A DNA stretch of 64,000 bases, taken from the IMG/VR virus record IMGVR_UViG_3300017971_000032, positions 13,501-77,500 of that record. One strand, 5' to 3'. The DNA comes from a virus. Shown piece after piece: positions 52,860 to 60,975 of the stretch (the first letter of the stretch is position 1; each line of letters opens with the position of its first letter). The position numbers were made by a program, and so were the translations under genes. The notes under the pieces were generated by a model, which ran no database searches, had not been told where the DNA came from, and saw nothing but the letters and a program-made list of their open reading frames with translations.

Positions 52860-55808
52860 TTGAGTATAATGTCTATCAGCGTTTCAATGAAGCCGACGAA
52901 ATCAGCACTAGGCATAGGCCAGGTTGTAAGTGCCTACCAGCGGTTCTTGCCTGAGTATGGCGTGGAGTTCACGGAGGATGAAGATCAGGCAGATTTGGTG
53001 GTGGTGCATGCGGGTGAGCACACTAAACGCGCTCCTCATATCCACCACTGTCATGGATTGTATCCCACAGCTACGCTCGACAAATCTGAATCCTACTTCC
53101 GTATGAATGCGGACGTGATTGAAAATGCGCGCACCGCACGCCAGATTGTAGTGCCGTCTGAGTGGGTGGCGCAGTTGTTTCGCAGGGATATGTTGGTGAA
53201 TCCAATTGTAATGCCTCATGGCATCGACCCAGATGTGTGGCCCTTTTCTCGCAACGGTCATGACGGTTACGTGTTGTGGGCAAAGGGGCACAATCCTGGG
53301 GTATGCGATCCTAGCACGCTTAATGCCTTGGCTGAGGCTGTGCCAGGACAGAACTTCGTGACGACGTTCGGAGCCGAACAGCATAATATTAAGCAGACTG
53401 GCCGATTGCCCTTTGAGCAGATGAAGCAGACATTGTCGCAAGCGGAGATCTATTTGGCCGTGACGAAGGAGACGTTCGGCATCCAAACGCTAGAAGCCAT
53501 GGCTTGCGGCGTGCCAATATTAGGGTATGATTGGGGTGGTACAGGTGATATTGTGACGCACGGCCATGACGGGTATTTGGTTGAGCCTGGTGACATAGAT
53601 GGGTTGGTCAAGGGTTTGGTGTGGTTGAAGGCACACCGTGCTGTTGTTGGGGCTAATGCCATAGAGACATCCAAACAGTATGCGTGGCCTGCCATAGCAG
53701 AGCAGTTGGCTGATATATATGCCCAAGTGCTGAATGATAATCTGCTGGATGGGCGCACCAATGTGTCTGTGATTATACCTTGTTACAATTATGGTGATAG
53801 GGTGGGCAAGGCCATAGAATCCGTGCTTGCCCAGGACTATGATGGCATAGAAATAGTAGTGGTCAATGATGGATCCACGGATGACACGGCCACGATTTTG
53901 GATGGGTATAAGGATGTAGTGACGATTGTAGATCAACCGAACAGTGGTGTTGCTGCTGCCCGCAATAATGGTGTTCAATATTCGTCTGGTGAATATGTAG
54001 CGTGCTTGGATGCGGATGATGAGTACTTGCCTAATTTCATATCTACACTATTGCCTGCGTTAGATGCTGACCCAGGGTTAGGTATAGCATATAGCAAACT
54101 TGTAATGGTGGATGATACTGGCAGAACCAGAGTGAGTGGGTGGCCACCTGATTTTTGCTATAAGCGGCAGGCTTTGGGTCACAACCAGGTGCCGTCTGCG
54201 TGCCTAATGCGTCGGAGTGCGTGGGAGCGTGCCGGAGGATACAAGCCCCAATATACCCCTGCAGAGGATGCGGAATTGTGGTTACGCATCACCTCCGTTG
54301 GTTTTGATGCGGTAAGGGTTACGGATGAGCCGTTGTACCGTTACAGCGTTCATGAGGGCTCACTCAGTAGATCTATGCCTAATGTCAAATATGAGGAGGA
54401 CAAGCCTTGGGCTGTCAATGCCTTGTTCGGGGCACCCGCATGTGATTATGAATTTGATTCATATCCTGTTAGGAATTATGATGATACATGGGTGAGTGTG
54501 ATAATACCTGTAGGCCCAGGGCATGAGGACATAGCTTGGAGAGCAGTAGATAGTGTATTTCTGCAATCTATGCCTTATTGGGAAGTTGTGGTGGTGAATG
54601 ACAGTGGTGCTGAGTTGGTTAACCCTAACACTGGACTGTCACTCCAAGATACGTACCCATTTGTGATTCAAGAAGCAGTGGATTATAGGAATGTGAGCAA
54701 GTCCAGGAACAGAGGGGTGGAGTTGGCAGCCTCAGATTTGTTGGTGTTCTTGGATGCTGACGATGCGTTAGATAAAGACTATTTGTTGGCAAGCATACAA
54801 GCTTACAATGATAATCCTGACAAGTATATATACACAGATTGGCTGAGTTGGGACGGATCTGGAGAGAAGCGTGGTGGCAGGAAGTTTAGTTGTGAAGGCT
54901 TGTTGTTGCAAACACTCCATCCAGTGACTGCTATGGTGCCTAGATCATGGCATCAGGAAGTGGGTGGATTTGACGAAGATCTTGGGGTGAAGGGTTGGGA
55001 AGATTGGGACTATTGGTTGAAGATGGTGTTGGTGGGGCGTCATGAAGGTTACAGAGTTGATCAACCATTAGTCAAATATGACATATCTACGGGCAGCAGG
55101 CGTGAGGATAGTCTAGTGGATAAGGATAAGTTGTTGCCCATAATTACAGGGAGGTATTCTGAGGACATGTGCAGAAATTGTGGTAGATCTAAGTCAAGGC
55201 CAGGTGCATCACGTCCAGCTCCAGCACCTGCTAAACCTGTAATAGCACCTGCTAGACCTGCAGCAGCATCTGGACCATTTTCACGACCAAGGGGGAAGTT
55301 GATGACTTCGGCAACAAGTGATAACCAGTCTGCCAATATGGTGAAAGTTGTGGAGAATTCTGGCAATCGTGGCAAACACCAAGTTGTAGGGGTAGTCACG
55401 GGCACGAAGTACGGCAAGAAGAGGCATGGGCAGCGTTTTGATATGGATGTGCGAGATCAGCAAATGCAGCCCCATCTATATGTGATAGCAGGAGCAGCCC
55501 AGGTGCAGCCAGTCGCTCCTACCATGCCTGAACGCCCTGTGCCGCCAACGTCTGTGCGCAGACCGTCACCACCACCTGTTGCTCAACCCCAACGGTCACC
55601 AGAAGATGAATTGGAAACGTACAGTGCTGAAGATGATGGCATTGATCTGGCGTTGTTGAAGGTGTCCCAGATCAAAGCTTTGGGCTTGGAAGGTGAGGAT
55701 GCGGCTATTGCCTATGAGCAGGAGTTCGAGGGCAAGCAGCGCAAGACGGTTCTGGAGTATCTTGAGGCTCAGGCTGGAGATTGGCTTGAGCCAATTGACG
55801 AGGAGTAA
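52860..55808 (+). CDS. Multidomain glycosyltransferase (GT4 + GT2 + GT2) with a Pro-rich linker and C-terminal helical domain
   Basis: ETFGIQTLEAMACG (GT4); VSVIIPCYNY..VNDGSTD..LDADD; second VSVIIP..VVNDS..FLDADD. Confidence 0.9.
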   Translation: MSIMSISVSMKPTKSALGIGQVVSAYQRFLPEYGVEFTEDEDQADLVVVHAGEHTKRAPHIHHCHGLYPTATLDKSESYFRMNADVIENARTARQIVVPSEWVAQLFRRDMLVNPIVMPHGIDPDVWPFSRNGHDGYVLWAKGHNPGVCDPSTLNALAEAVPGQNFVTTFGAEQHNIKQTGRLPFEQMKQTLSQAEIYLAVTKETFGIQTLEAMACGVPILGYDWGGTGDIVTHGHDGYLVEPGDIDGLVKGLVWLKAHRAVVGANAIETSKQYAWPAIAEQLADIYAQVLNDNLLDGRTNVSVIIPCYNYGDRVGKAIESVLAQDYDGIEIVVVNDGSTDDTATILDGYKDVVTIVDQPNSGVAAARNNGVQYSSGEYVACLDADDEYLPNFISTLLPALDADPGLGIAYSKLVMVDDTGRTRVSGWPPDFCYKRQALGHNQVPSACLMRRSAWERAGGYKPQYTPAEDAELWLRITSVGFDAVRVTDEPLYRYSVHEGSLSRSMPNVKYEEDKPWAVNALFGAPACDYEFDSYPVRNYDDTWVSVIIPVGPGHEDIAWRAVDSVFLQSMPYWEVVVVNDSGAELVNPNTGLSLQDTYPFVIQEAVDYRNVSKSRNRGVELAASDLLVFLDADDALDKDYLLASIQAYNDNPDKYIYTDWLSWDGSGEKRGGRKFSCEGLLLQTLHPVTAMVPRSWHQEVGGFDEDLGVKGWEDWDYWLKMVLVGRHEGYRVDQPLVKYDISTGSRREDSLVDKDKLLPIITGRYSEDMCRNCGRSKSRPGASRPAPAPAKPVIAPARPAAASGPFSRPRGKLMTSATSDNQSANMVKVVENSGNRGKHQVVGVVTGTKYGKKRHGQRFDMDVRDQQMQPHLYVIAGAAQVQPVAPTMPERPVPPTSVRRPSPPPVAQPQRSPEDELETYSAEDDGIDLALLKVSQIKALGLEGEDAAIAYEQEFEGKQRKTVLEYLEAQAGDWLEPIDEE

Positions 55809-57007
55809 TGAGTTACCTGAGTGACTTCGGCCAAACAATAATGCCCCTGGATTGGTGGCGTCAAGCCATGGGCATTGACCCATACCACTTTTGGCAGATG
55901 ACTAATGATAATCATCCTCTGCGTGGGTACTCTCATATCTATCCACACCACAGATGGCAATATACACTCGTTAATGATGCTATGCCAGCGCGTGATGCTA
56001 AACGTGGGCCTGGCAGATATGACATAATCCAAGCCATACTTGAGGCGGAGAGTGCTTTGGCTCAATACTCACCGTTGAACACATGGCCTGGGCCTACATA
56101 TGTTGAGAATGAAAAAGTGGTTATACAAAAGCCTAAGCAGGTCACGATGTATCGCAAGCTTCCGTTTGGCTTGACCACGAAGTGGCATCATGTACGATAT
56201 GTGGGTGTGGAGACATTCACAGAGATTGAGTCAGGCGTAGCATTGGCGTATGCGGGCGATGATGCTACATGCTCCGTGACCACAACAGTGGATGCGGACG
56301 AGATAGTGGTGCGGTATGCTGGTGAGACGGTTCAGCTACGCCCTGTAGATGTGTCCAAGGCAGGCAACACAGCCACCATCACAATAAAGCGCTGGTTGTG
56401 TGCGGATCCAGATCTGTGGGATGATGCGTCACCCATTGATTCGGATGATACCGCCAACCTGATTGCTACGGTGGATGTGTATCGCCGTCATATAGATCCA
56501 AGTCAACAGATCTTGCTGGCTTGGGAACCGGATATTAGCACATGCGGGTGTTTGGAGACAGATAGTTGTGCTGCTTGCCAGCAAGCTACGCGCAATGCTT
56601 GCGCTATACGCAGAGATTATGACATCGGCTTTGTGGGTTGGCAGACAGCCACTTGGGATGCTGATGAGGAAGAGTATGTGCGCAGCAGCGCGTGCTGGCC
56701 GTATAACCGTCATCCAGACTACGCATACATATCCTACGAGCATGGCTTCGACAATGAAAATCAGCGCTATATGTCATCCAGATGGGTCAAGACGGTAGCA
56801 GCACTGGCGGCGGCAGTTATACCAGAGTATGTAGAAGACACAACTATGCGCCCAGACGCTATGCATTATTGGCGGGTTGATTTGTCAGTACCAGATGAAA
56901 ACGGCAAACATCGCAATTTGGATCTGGGAGATCTATCCAACCCGTTTGGCGTCAGACGTGGGCAGGTTGAGGCTTGGCGTTCAGTCAAACGCATTCTAGG
57001 GGAGTGA
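55808..57007 (+). CDS. Probable head-tail adaptor/neck protein
   Basis: Position; IIQAILEAESALAQY..., ISYEHGF; family not recognised. Confidence 0.5.
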   Translation: MSYLSDFGQTIMPLDWWRQAMGIDPYHFWQMTNDNHPLRGYSHIYPHHRWQYTLVNDAMPARDAKRGPGRYDIIQAILEAESALAQYSPLNTWPGPTYVENEKVVIQKPKQVTMYRKLPFGLTTKWHHVRYVGVETFTEIESGVALAYAGDDATCSVTTTVDADEIVVRYAGETVQLRPVDVSKAGNTATITIKRWLCADPDLWDDASPIDSDDTANLIATVDVYRRHIDPSQQILLAWEPDISTCGCLETDSCAACQQATRNACAIRRDYDIGFVGWQTATWDADEEEYVRSSACWPYNRHPDYAYISYEHGFDNENQRYMSSRWVKTVAALAAAVIPEYVEDTTMRPDAMHYWRVDLSVPDENGKHRNLDLGDLSNPFGVRRGQVEAWRSVKRILGE

Positions 57008-57009
57008 TA

Positions 57010-57096
57010 ATATGCCTCAGATACATTGTCGCCAAGTACGTTCCAGAGGCTTAAGACCTGATTGGGATGAGGTAATCAAGGTCGTGGCTGATGGTA
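57010..57096 (+). repeat. 87-bp exact direct repeat, copy 1
   Basis: Identical to 58014-58100. Confidence 0.9.
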
Positions 57097-57557
57097 TGGA
57101 TAGGGAGGTCAAGCCTAAGATCTTAAGCTACTTCTTCCGTATCGTGGCGCATTGGAAGGAGGAGGACAGACCTGGCTTTAAGGCCACTAAGCGCATAACT
57201 AGGGATTATATCAAGCTTTACGTCTTCCCAACTGGCCCTAACAAGAATATATGGAAGTGGGTGTCTGTCACAGGTTGCAAGGCCAGGGATATAGTAGTAA
57301 GGAAAGCTAAGTGGTTGCGGTTCAGGTGGGCGGGGCCAGGTAGCTATAAAGCGCGCACCGACAAGTCAGGCCATTACAAGGGGCCAGGTGAGGCATTTGG
57401 TCCTATTATTCGTAGATTTGTAGTGGATTGGCCAGGGTTTGATCCGCGCAATTTCGAGAAGCATATTGCGCGTTGGACATTGAAGTGGTATCGTCGCACT
57501 ATGGAGAAGCTGTTCAAAAAAGGCATACGTGCGGCCAAGGCTAAGGCGAGACGTTAA
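57012..57557 (+). CDS. Basic neck/tail-completion-like protein
   Basis: Position; KAKWLRFRW...VDWPGFDPRNF pattern. Confidence 0.55.
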   Translation: MPQIHCRQVRSRGLRPDWDEVIKVVADGMDREVKPKILSYFFRIVAHWKEEDRPGFKATKRITRDYIKLYVFPTGPNKNIWKWVSVTGCKARDIVVRKAKWLRFRWAGPGSYKARTDKSGHYKGPGEAFGPIIRRFVVDWPGFDPRNFEKHIARWTLKWYRRTMEKLFKKGIRAAKAKARR

Positions 57558-58003
57558 TGACAATCACTCTCCTAGTACGCGTTAAGGGTGGTCCAGGCTC
57601 CGGTAATTGGGGTCATGCAGGTAGACCTGGACTAGTAGGTGGTAGCTCTAGGGCTGGTGGTGGTGCTTATGATAAGTTGTCTGTTAGTAATGTTAAGAAA
57701 GTGCTAAGTGAGGCGGGTTTGCCCGTATCTAAGGGTTCTAGCGTTAGTCGCAGGGCTGCATCTTCCAGGGCTGTTAGAACTCAAGGCTTTCTTGTTGAAC
57801 CTTATAGGGACAAAGTTGAGGTTAAATGGTCTGCCAAGACTAGGTCGGCTCGATTGCGCAAAGATGATATGCTCAAACAAGCAGCTCAAGCAATAGTTAA
57901 AGAAGGATCATTTGTCGCATCCTTGGAGAATGTAGAAATACCTCCATTGCCTGGTCATCAGCCAAAAACTATGTTGAGATTATTTGTAGAGTTTGGAGGT
58001 TAA
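57557..58003 (+). CDS. Leader + peptide tag + unknown basic cargo
   Basis: MTITLLVRV-tag; TAATG coupling with the previous gene. Confidence 0.75.
   Translation: MTITLLVRVKGGPGSGNWGHAGRPGLVGGSSRAGGGAYDKLSVSNVKKVLSEAGLPVSKGSSVSRRAASSRAVRTQGFLVEPYRDKVEVKWSAKTRSARLRKDDMLKQAAQAIVKEGSFVASLENVEIPPLPGHQPKTMLRLFVEFGG
57584..57646 (+). repeat. Peptide tag copy 5 of 6
   Basis: KGGPGSGNWGHAGRPGLVGGS. Confidence 0.97.
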
Positions 58004-58013
58004 GGACAATACG

Positions 58014-58100
58014 ATATGCCTCAGATACATTGTCGCCAAGTACGTTCCAGAGGCTTAAGACCTGATTGGGATGAGGTAATCAAGGTCGTGGCTGATGGTA
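58014..58100 (+). repeat. 87-bp exact direct repeat, copy 2 (truncated duplicate of the 57012 gene start)
   Basis: Re-encodes MPQIHCRQVRSRGLRPDWDEVIKVVADG, then diverges. Confidence 0.9.
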
Positions 58101-58157
58101 CAGAATGGAGTATGATGACTATTATATGTGAAGGACTTATTACTAGGAGGTGGAATT

Positions 58158-59609
58158 ATGTTTGTTCATAGGGGTTGGGGCAATATCTTCTTCCAAGAAG
58201 ATCCAAAGGAGGAGTTCTTCTATCTGACATCCACAGGCGTGGGGGATGTAGCCACGCCAGGTAGACCGCGCACAGTGGTATTCGATCCAGATACGGAGCG
58301 CTCCGGTGAGTTCGTGCGGAGTGAGTTTATCCGTGGTGAGCCTGGGGACATCACGGCACCATTCACTCGTCCGCTTGACACGGTTCATAACTATCTTCAG
58401 GAGTTGGTATGTGCCGTCAACGCACGCATCAACCACGCTTGCCGTGGTGATCGCACTATCGTCCACAACTATGAGGTGGCTCAGATCTTGCTTGACGGTG
58501 AGTTCGAGACAAGTGCGACAGGACAGCCTGTGGTTGCTCAGCCTGGTGAGGATGACCGCGTCATGACGTCAGGTGACCTCAAAGCGCTAGATTGGACGTA
58601 TCTCTACCTGCTGCACGGTCTGGAGCAGACAGTGTCGGCAACCACGCCCATCTATGACATTGCGTTCGTGCCTGAGGAATGCCCAAGCATCTGCGGACGG
58701 CGCATCAAGCTTGGGTGTGAAGGCTTTGCTACTGCCGGCACGCTTGGCTATCTGCTGGGCAACAACGTCTTCTACACTGTGGATTGTGGGGCAACATGGG
58801 CTAACACTGCAGCAGATCCGTTCTTGGGAGCTAAGGCAGCAGGGCCATTGCTGATTGCTGAGTCATCGTCTGGGTATCGGGTGCTGGTGGGTGGTGGGGC
58901 AGAGGCTGGACAGCCTGCTGAAATATCCTACGCTGACGATGGTGGAGTATCGTGGACTGATGTAACGGTGGGTGCGGTCAATGGTCAGTCCATCAATGCG
59001 TTGTGCCGGGACAAGCTTGGCCGGTTGTGGGCTGCGGCTAGTGATGGTATGGTGTATCGTTCCACCAACCTGGGTGCTAGTTGGGTGTTGATGTACACGT
59101 CGGCTTCTGGAGAGGATCTGAATGGCATCGTGTTTGTGGACGCCAATGTTGGCTTTGCGGTGGGTGATAATAATGATGTCAACTACACGCTTGACGGCGG
59201 CATCACGTGGGCAGCATTGGTAGGGCCAGTGGCAGGTCAGAATCTCACGTCCATTGACGTCAATAGGTATGATTATCTGTATGTAAGCGTCAACAATGGT
59301 GAGTTGTGGCGTTATGATATGGACACGGAGGGATGGGAAGAAGTTCTGGACATGGGTGCAGGCTCCATTGCCCGTGTGCGCTTCGAGCACGACATGAAAT
59401 ACTTTGGTGGGTTGGTGTACAATGATGCCTCAGGTGCCGGTTCCTTGTTCCGTTCTGAGGATGGTGGCGTGACATGGCTGGGATGGGACACGGAGACCAA
59501 CACAGGCTTGAACTCACTGTTCCTGTGCGATCCAAACATGATCTATGTTTGCGGTGACGTTGCGGCAATGACAGGCTTCATTGAGAAGTTCACTCGCGCT
59601 GAATCGTAG
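58158..59609 (+). CDS. Probable major tail protein fused to an Asp-box (BNR) beta-propeller
   Basis: Precedes the chaperone and tape measure genes; repeats TVDCGATW, ADDGGVSW, STNLGASW, TLDGGITW, SEDGGVTW. Confidence 0.6.
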   Translation: MFVHRGWGNIFFQEDPKEEFFYLTSTGVGDVATPGRPRTVVFDPDTERSGEFVRSEFIRGEPGDITAPFTRPLDTVHNYLQELVCAVNARINHACRGDRTIVHNYEVAQILLDGEFETSATGQPVVAQPGEDDRVMTSGDLKALDWTYLYLLHGLEQTVSATTPIYDIAFVPEECPSICGRRIKLGCEGFATAGTLGYLLGNNVFYTVDCGATWANTAADPFLGAKAAGPLLIAESSSGYRVLVGGGAEAGQPAEISYADDGGVSWTDVTVGAVNGQSINALCRDKLGRLWAAASDGMVYRSTNLGASWVLMYTSASGEDLNGIVFVDANVGFAVGDNNDVNYTLDGGITWAALVGPVAGQNLTSIDVNRYDYLYVSVNNGELWRYDMDTEGWEEVLDMGAGSIARVRFEHDMKYFGGLVYNDASGAGSLFRSEDGGVTWLGWDTETNTGLNSLFLCDPNMIYVCGDVAAMTGFIEKFTRAES

Positions 59610-59627
59610 GTGTGGTAGGAGGTTGAT

Positions 59628-60356
59628 TTGGAGTTGACAATAGTTCAACTGGTGGGTGAGTGGGAGGTGCAGGTCACGCCTGTGCCTCCCCAAGCCAGTT
59701 TCAGATGGTCCAAGCATCACGTCAAATATCCACCTAAGCCCTACAGGCCCATGGTGGAGATAAGATCTAAGCTATTGCCTGAAGGCGCACCTCCGGAGAT
59801 AGTGCCTGCTTTGCCAGAATCCCCAGAATGGAATGGTTGGCTGGAGGAAATGAAAATCTGGCAGGAGGAATGCGAGCATATTCGTGAGGAGATGGCTCCT
59901 AAGGAGATGGAATTCTCTTTGGACTATGCTGTCAAAGGATGGCGCAAGAAGGGTTCGGAGGATGAATGGCTTGCTGAGCCGCCTGATGGATGGCTTCCCA
60001 GTGAAGCATTGGAGAGACATGGTATTGAGGATGGGTTGAGTGTGCGGCTATCTTTTATATACTACGAGTTGTTGGCCCATCCGCAGAACTTTGATTTGAT
60101 AATGGCAGCAGCCTTCCCCAAGGGGGAGCGGGACACATCCCTCATAAGTGAGGAGGAGGTGGATGCTGCTCTCAGCAAATTTCGATCTGGAGGTGGAATG
60201 TCTGGATCAGCCGGGCATGTGGGAACCAATGCCGGAACCGGAACCCAAGTCAGGGGAGCCCAGGGTGCGGATGAGCACGTTCGCAGAGGAAATGTTTCTA
60301 GCAGACGCAAAGGGACTATCGCCAGATGGTTGGTACGAACTTTCCAGAGGAAGTAG
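59628..60356 (+). CDS. Tail assembly chaperone (gpG-like)
   Basis: Lies between the tail tube-like gene and tape measure; has an overlapping downstream frame. Confidence 0.6.
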   Translation: MELTIVQLVGEWEVQVTPVPPQASFRWSKHHVKYPPKPYRPMVEIRSKLLPEGAPPEIVPALPESPEWNGWLEEMKIWQEECEHIREEMAPKEMEFSLDYAVKGWRKKGSEDEWLAEPPDGWLPSEALERHGIEDGLSVRLSFIYYELLAHPQNFDLIMAAAFPKGERDTSLISEEEVDAALSKFRSGGGMSGSAGHVGTNAGTGTQVRGAQGADEHVRRGNVSSRRKGTIARWLVRTFQRK

Positions 60357-60435
60357 GGTGGTGATGGTGGCGGTGAAGCGTGCCAGGGCCAGGATAGAAC
60401 ATCTTTACCGTGAGTTACAGGAAGCCAATCAATGA
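60180..60435 (+). CDS. Probable +1 frameshift extension of the tail chaperone (gpGT-like)
   Basis: AAA TTT CGA at 60177-85; the +1 frame stays open to 60435 and ends in an ATGA overlap with the next gene. Confidence 0.55.
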
Positions 60436-60944
60436 CAATCAAACTTCTAGTTTGCGTTAAGGGTGGTCCTGGTTCTGGTAATTGGGGTCATGCGGGTCGT
60501 CCTGGGCTAGTGGGTGGTAGTGCCGGTAGAGGTAGTGGATTGGTATGTAAGATGAATGCGGCAGATGTGGAGGAAAGATACTTCCATAATGCTGGGCCTA
60601 ATACTGATGCGGTGCTTGCGTCAGGAGTGATAAGGGGATCAGAAGACAACTTTGCCCCATATGTGTATAGGGGTTGGACAGCTGGGATGGGTAATCAAAC
60701 CGTCGTTTTTGGAGTTCCGAAGAGACAACTACATAATTTTAGGTTCACATTCACTAATGAGGTGGCTAGCAATTTGAAGGATACGCATTTGTCTGATGCA
60801 GGGGTTAAGGTGATAGTGTATGACAAGTCTACTAAGTTATACTATGATCTGACGAAAGCGTATGAATCTGGTTCCAGCACGGAAGCAGAATTATTAACTG
60901 TTTGGGAGAATGAGATGATTGGATTGTCTGGTATTGAGGCATGA
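60432..60944 (+). CDS. Leader + peptide tag + cargo with weak ART-fold resemblance
   Basis: MTIKLLVCV-tag; YFHN...DAVLASGVIRGS...YVY. Confidence 0.7.
   Translation: MTIKLLVCVKGGPGSGNWGHAGRPGLVGGSAGRGSGLVCKMNAADVEERYFHNAGPNTDAVLASGVIRGSEDNFAPYVYRGWTAGMGNQTVVFGVPKRQLHNFRFTFTNEVASNLKDTHLSDAGVKVIVYDKSTKLYYDLTKAYESGSSTEAELLTVWENEMIGLSGIEA
60459..60521 (+). repeat. Peptide tag copy 6 of 6
   Basis: KGGPGSGNWGHAGRPGLVGGS. Confidence 0.97.
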
Positions 60945-60975
60945 TTATTGATTGACAATCCGGGAGTAATAGATC

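Noticed and set aside
26222-60521. The six tag copies as a CRISPR array, IS ends or other DNA-level repeat
   Set aside because: They are dispersed, always in frame and differ mainly at synonymous positions; there is no spacer structure and no cas or transposase gene
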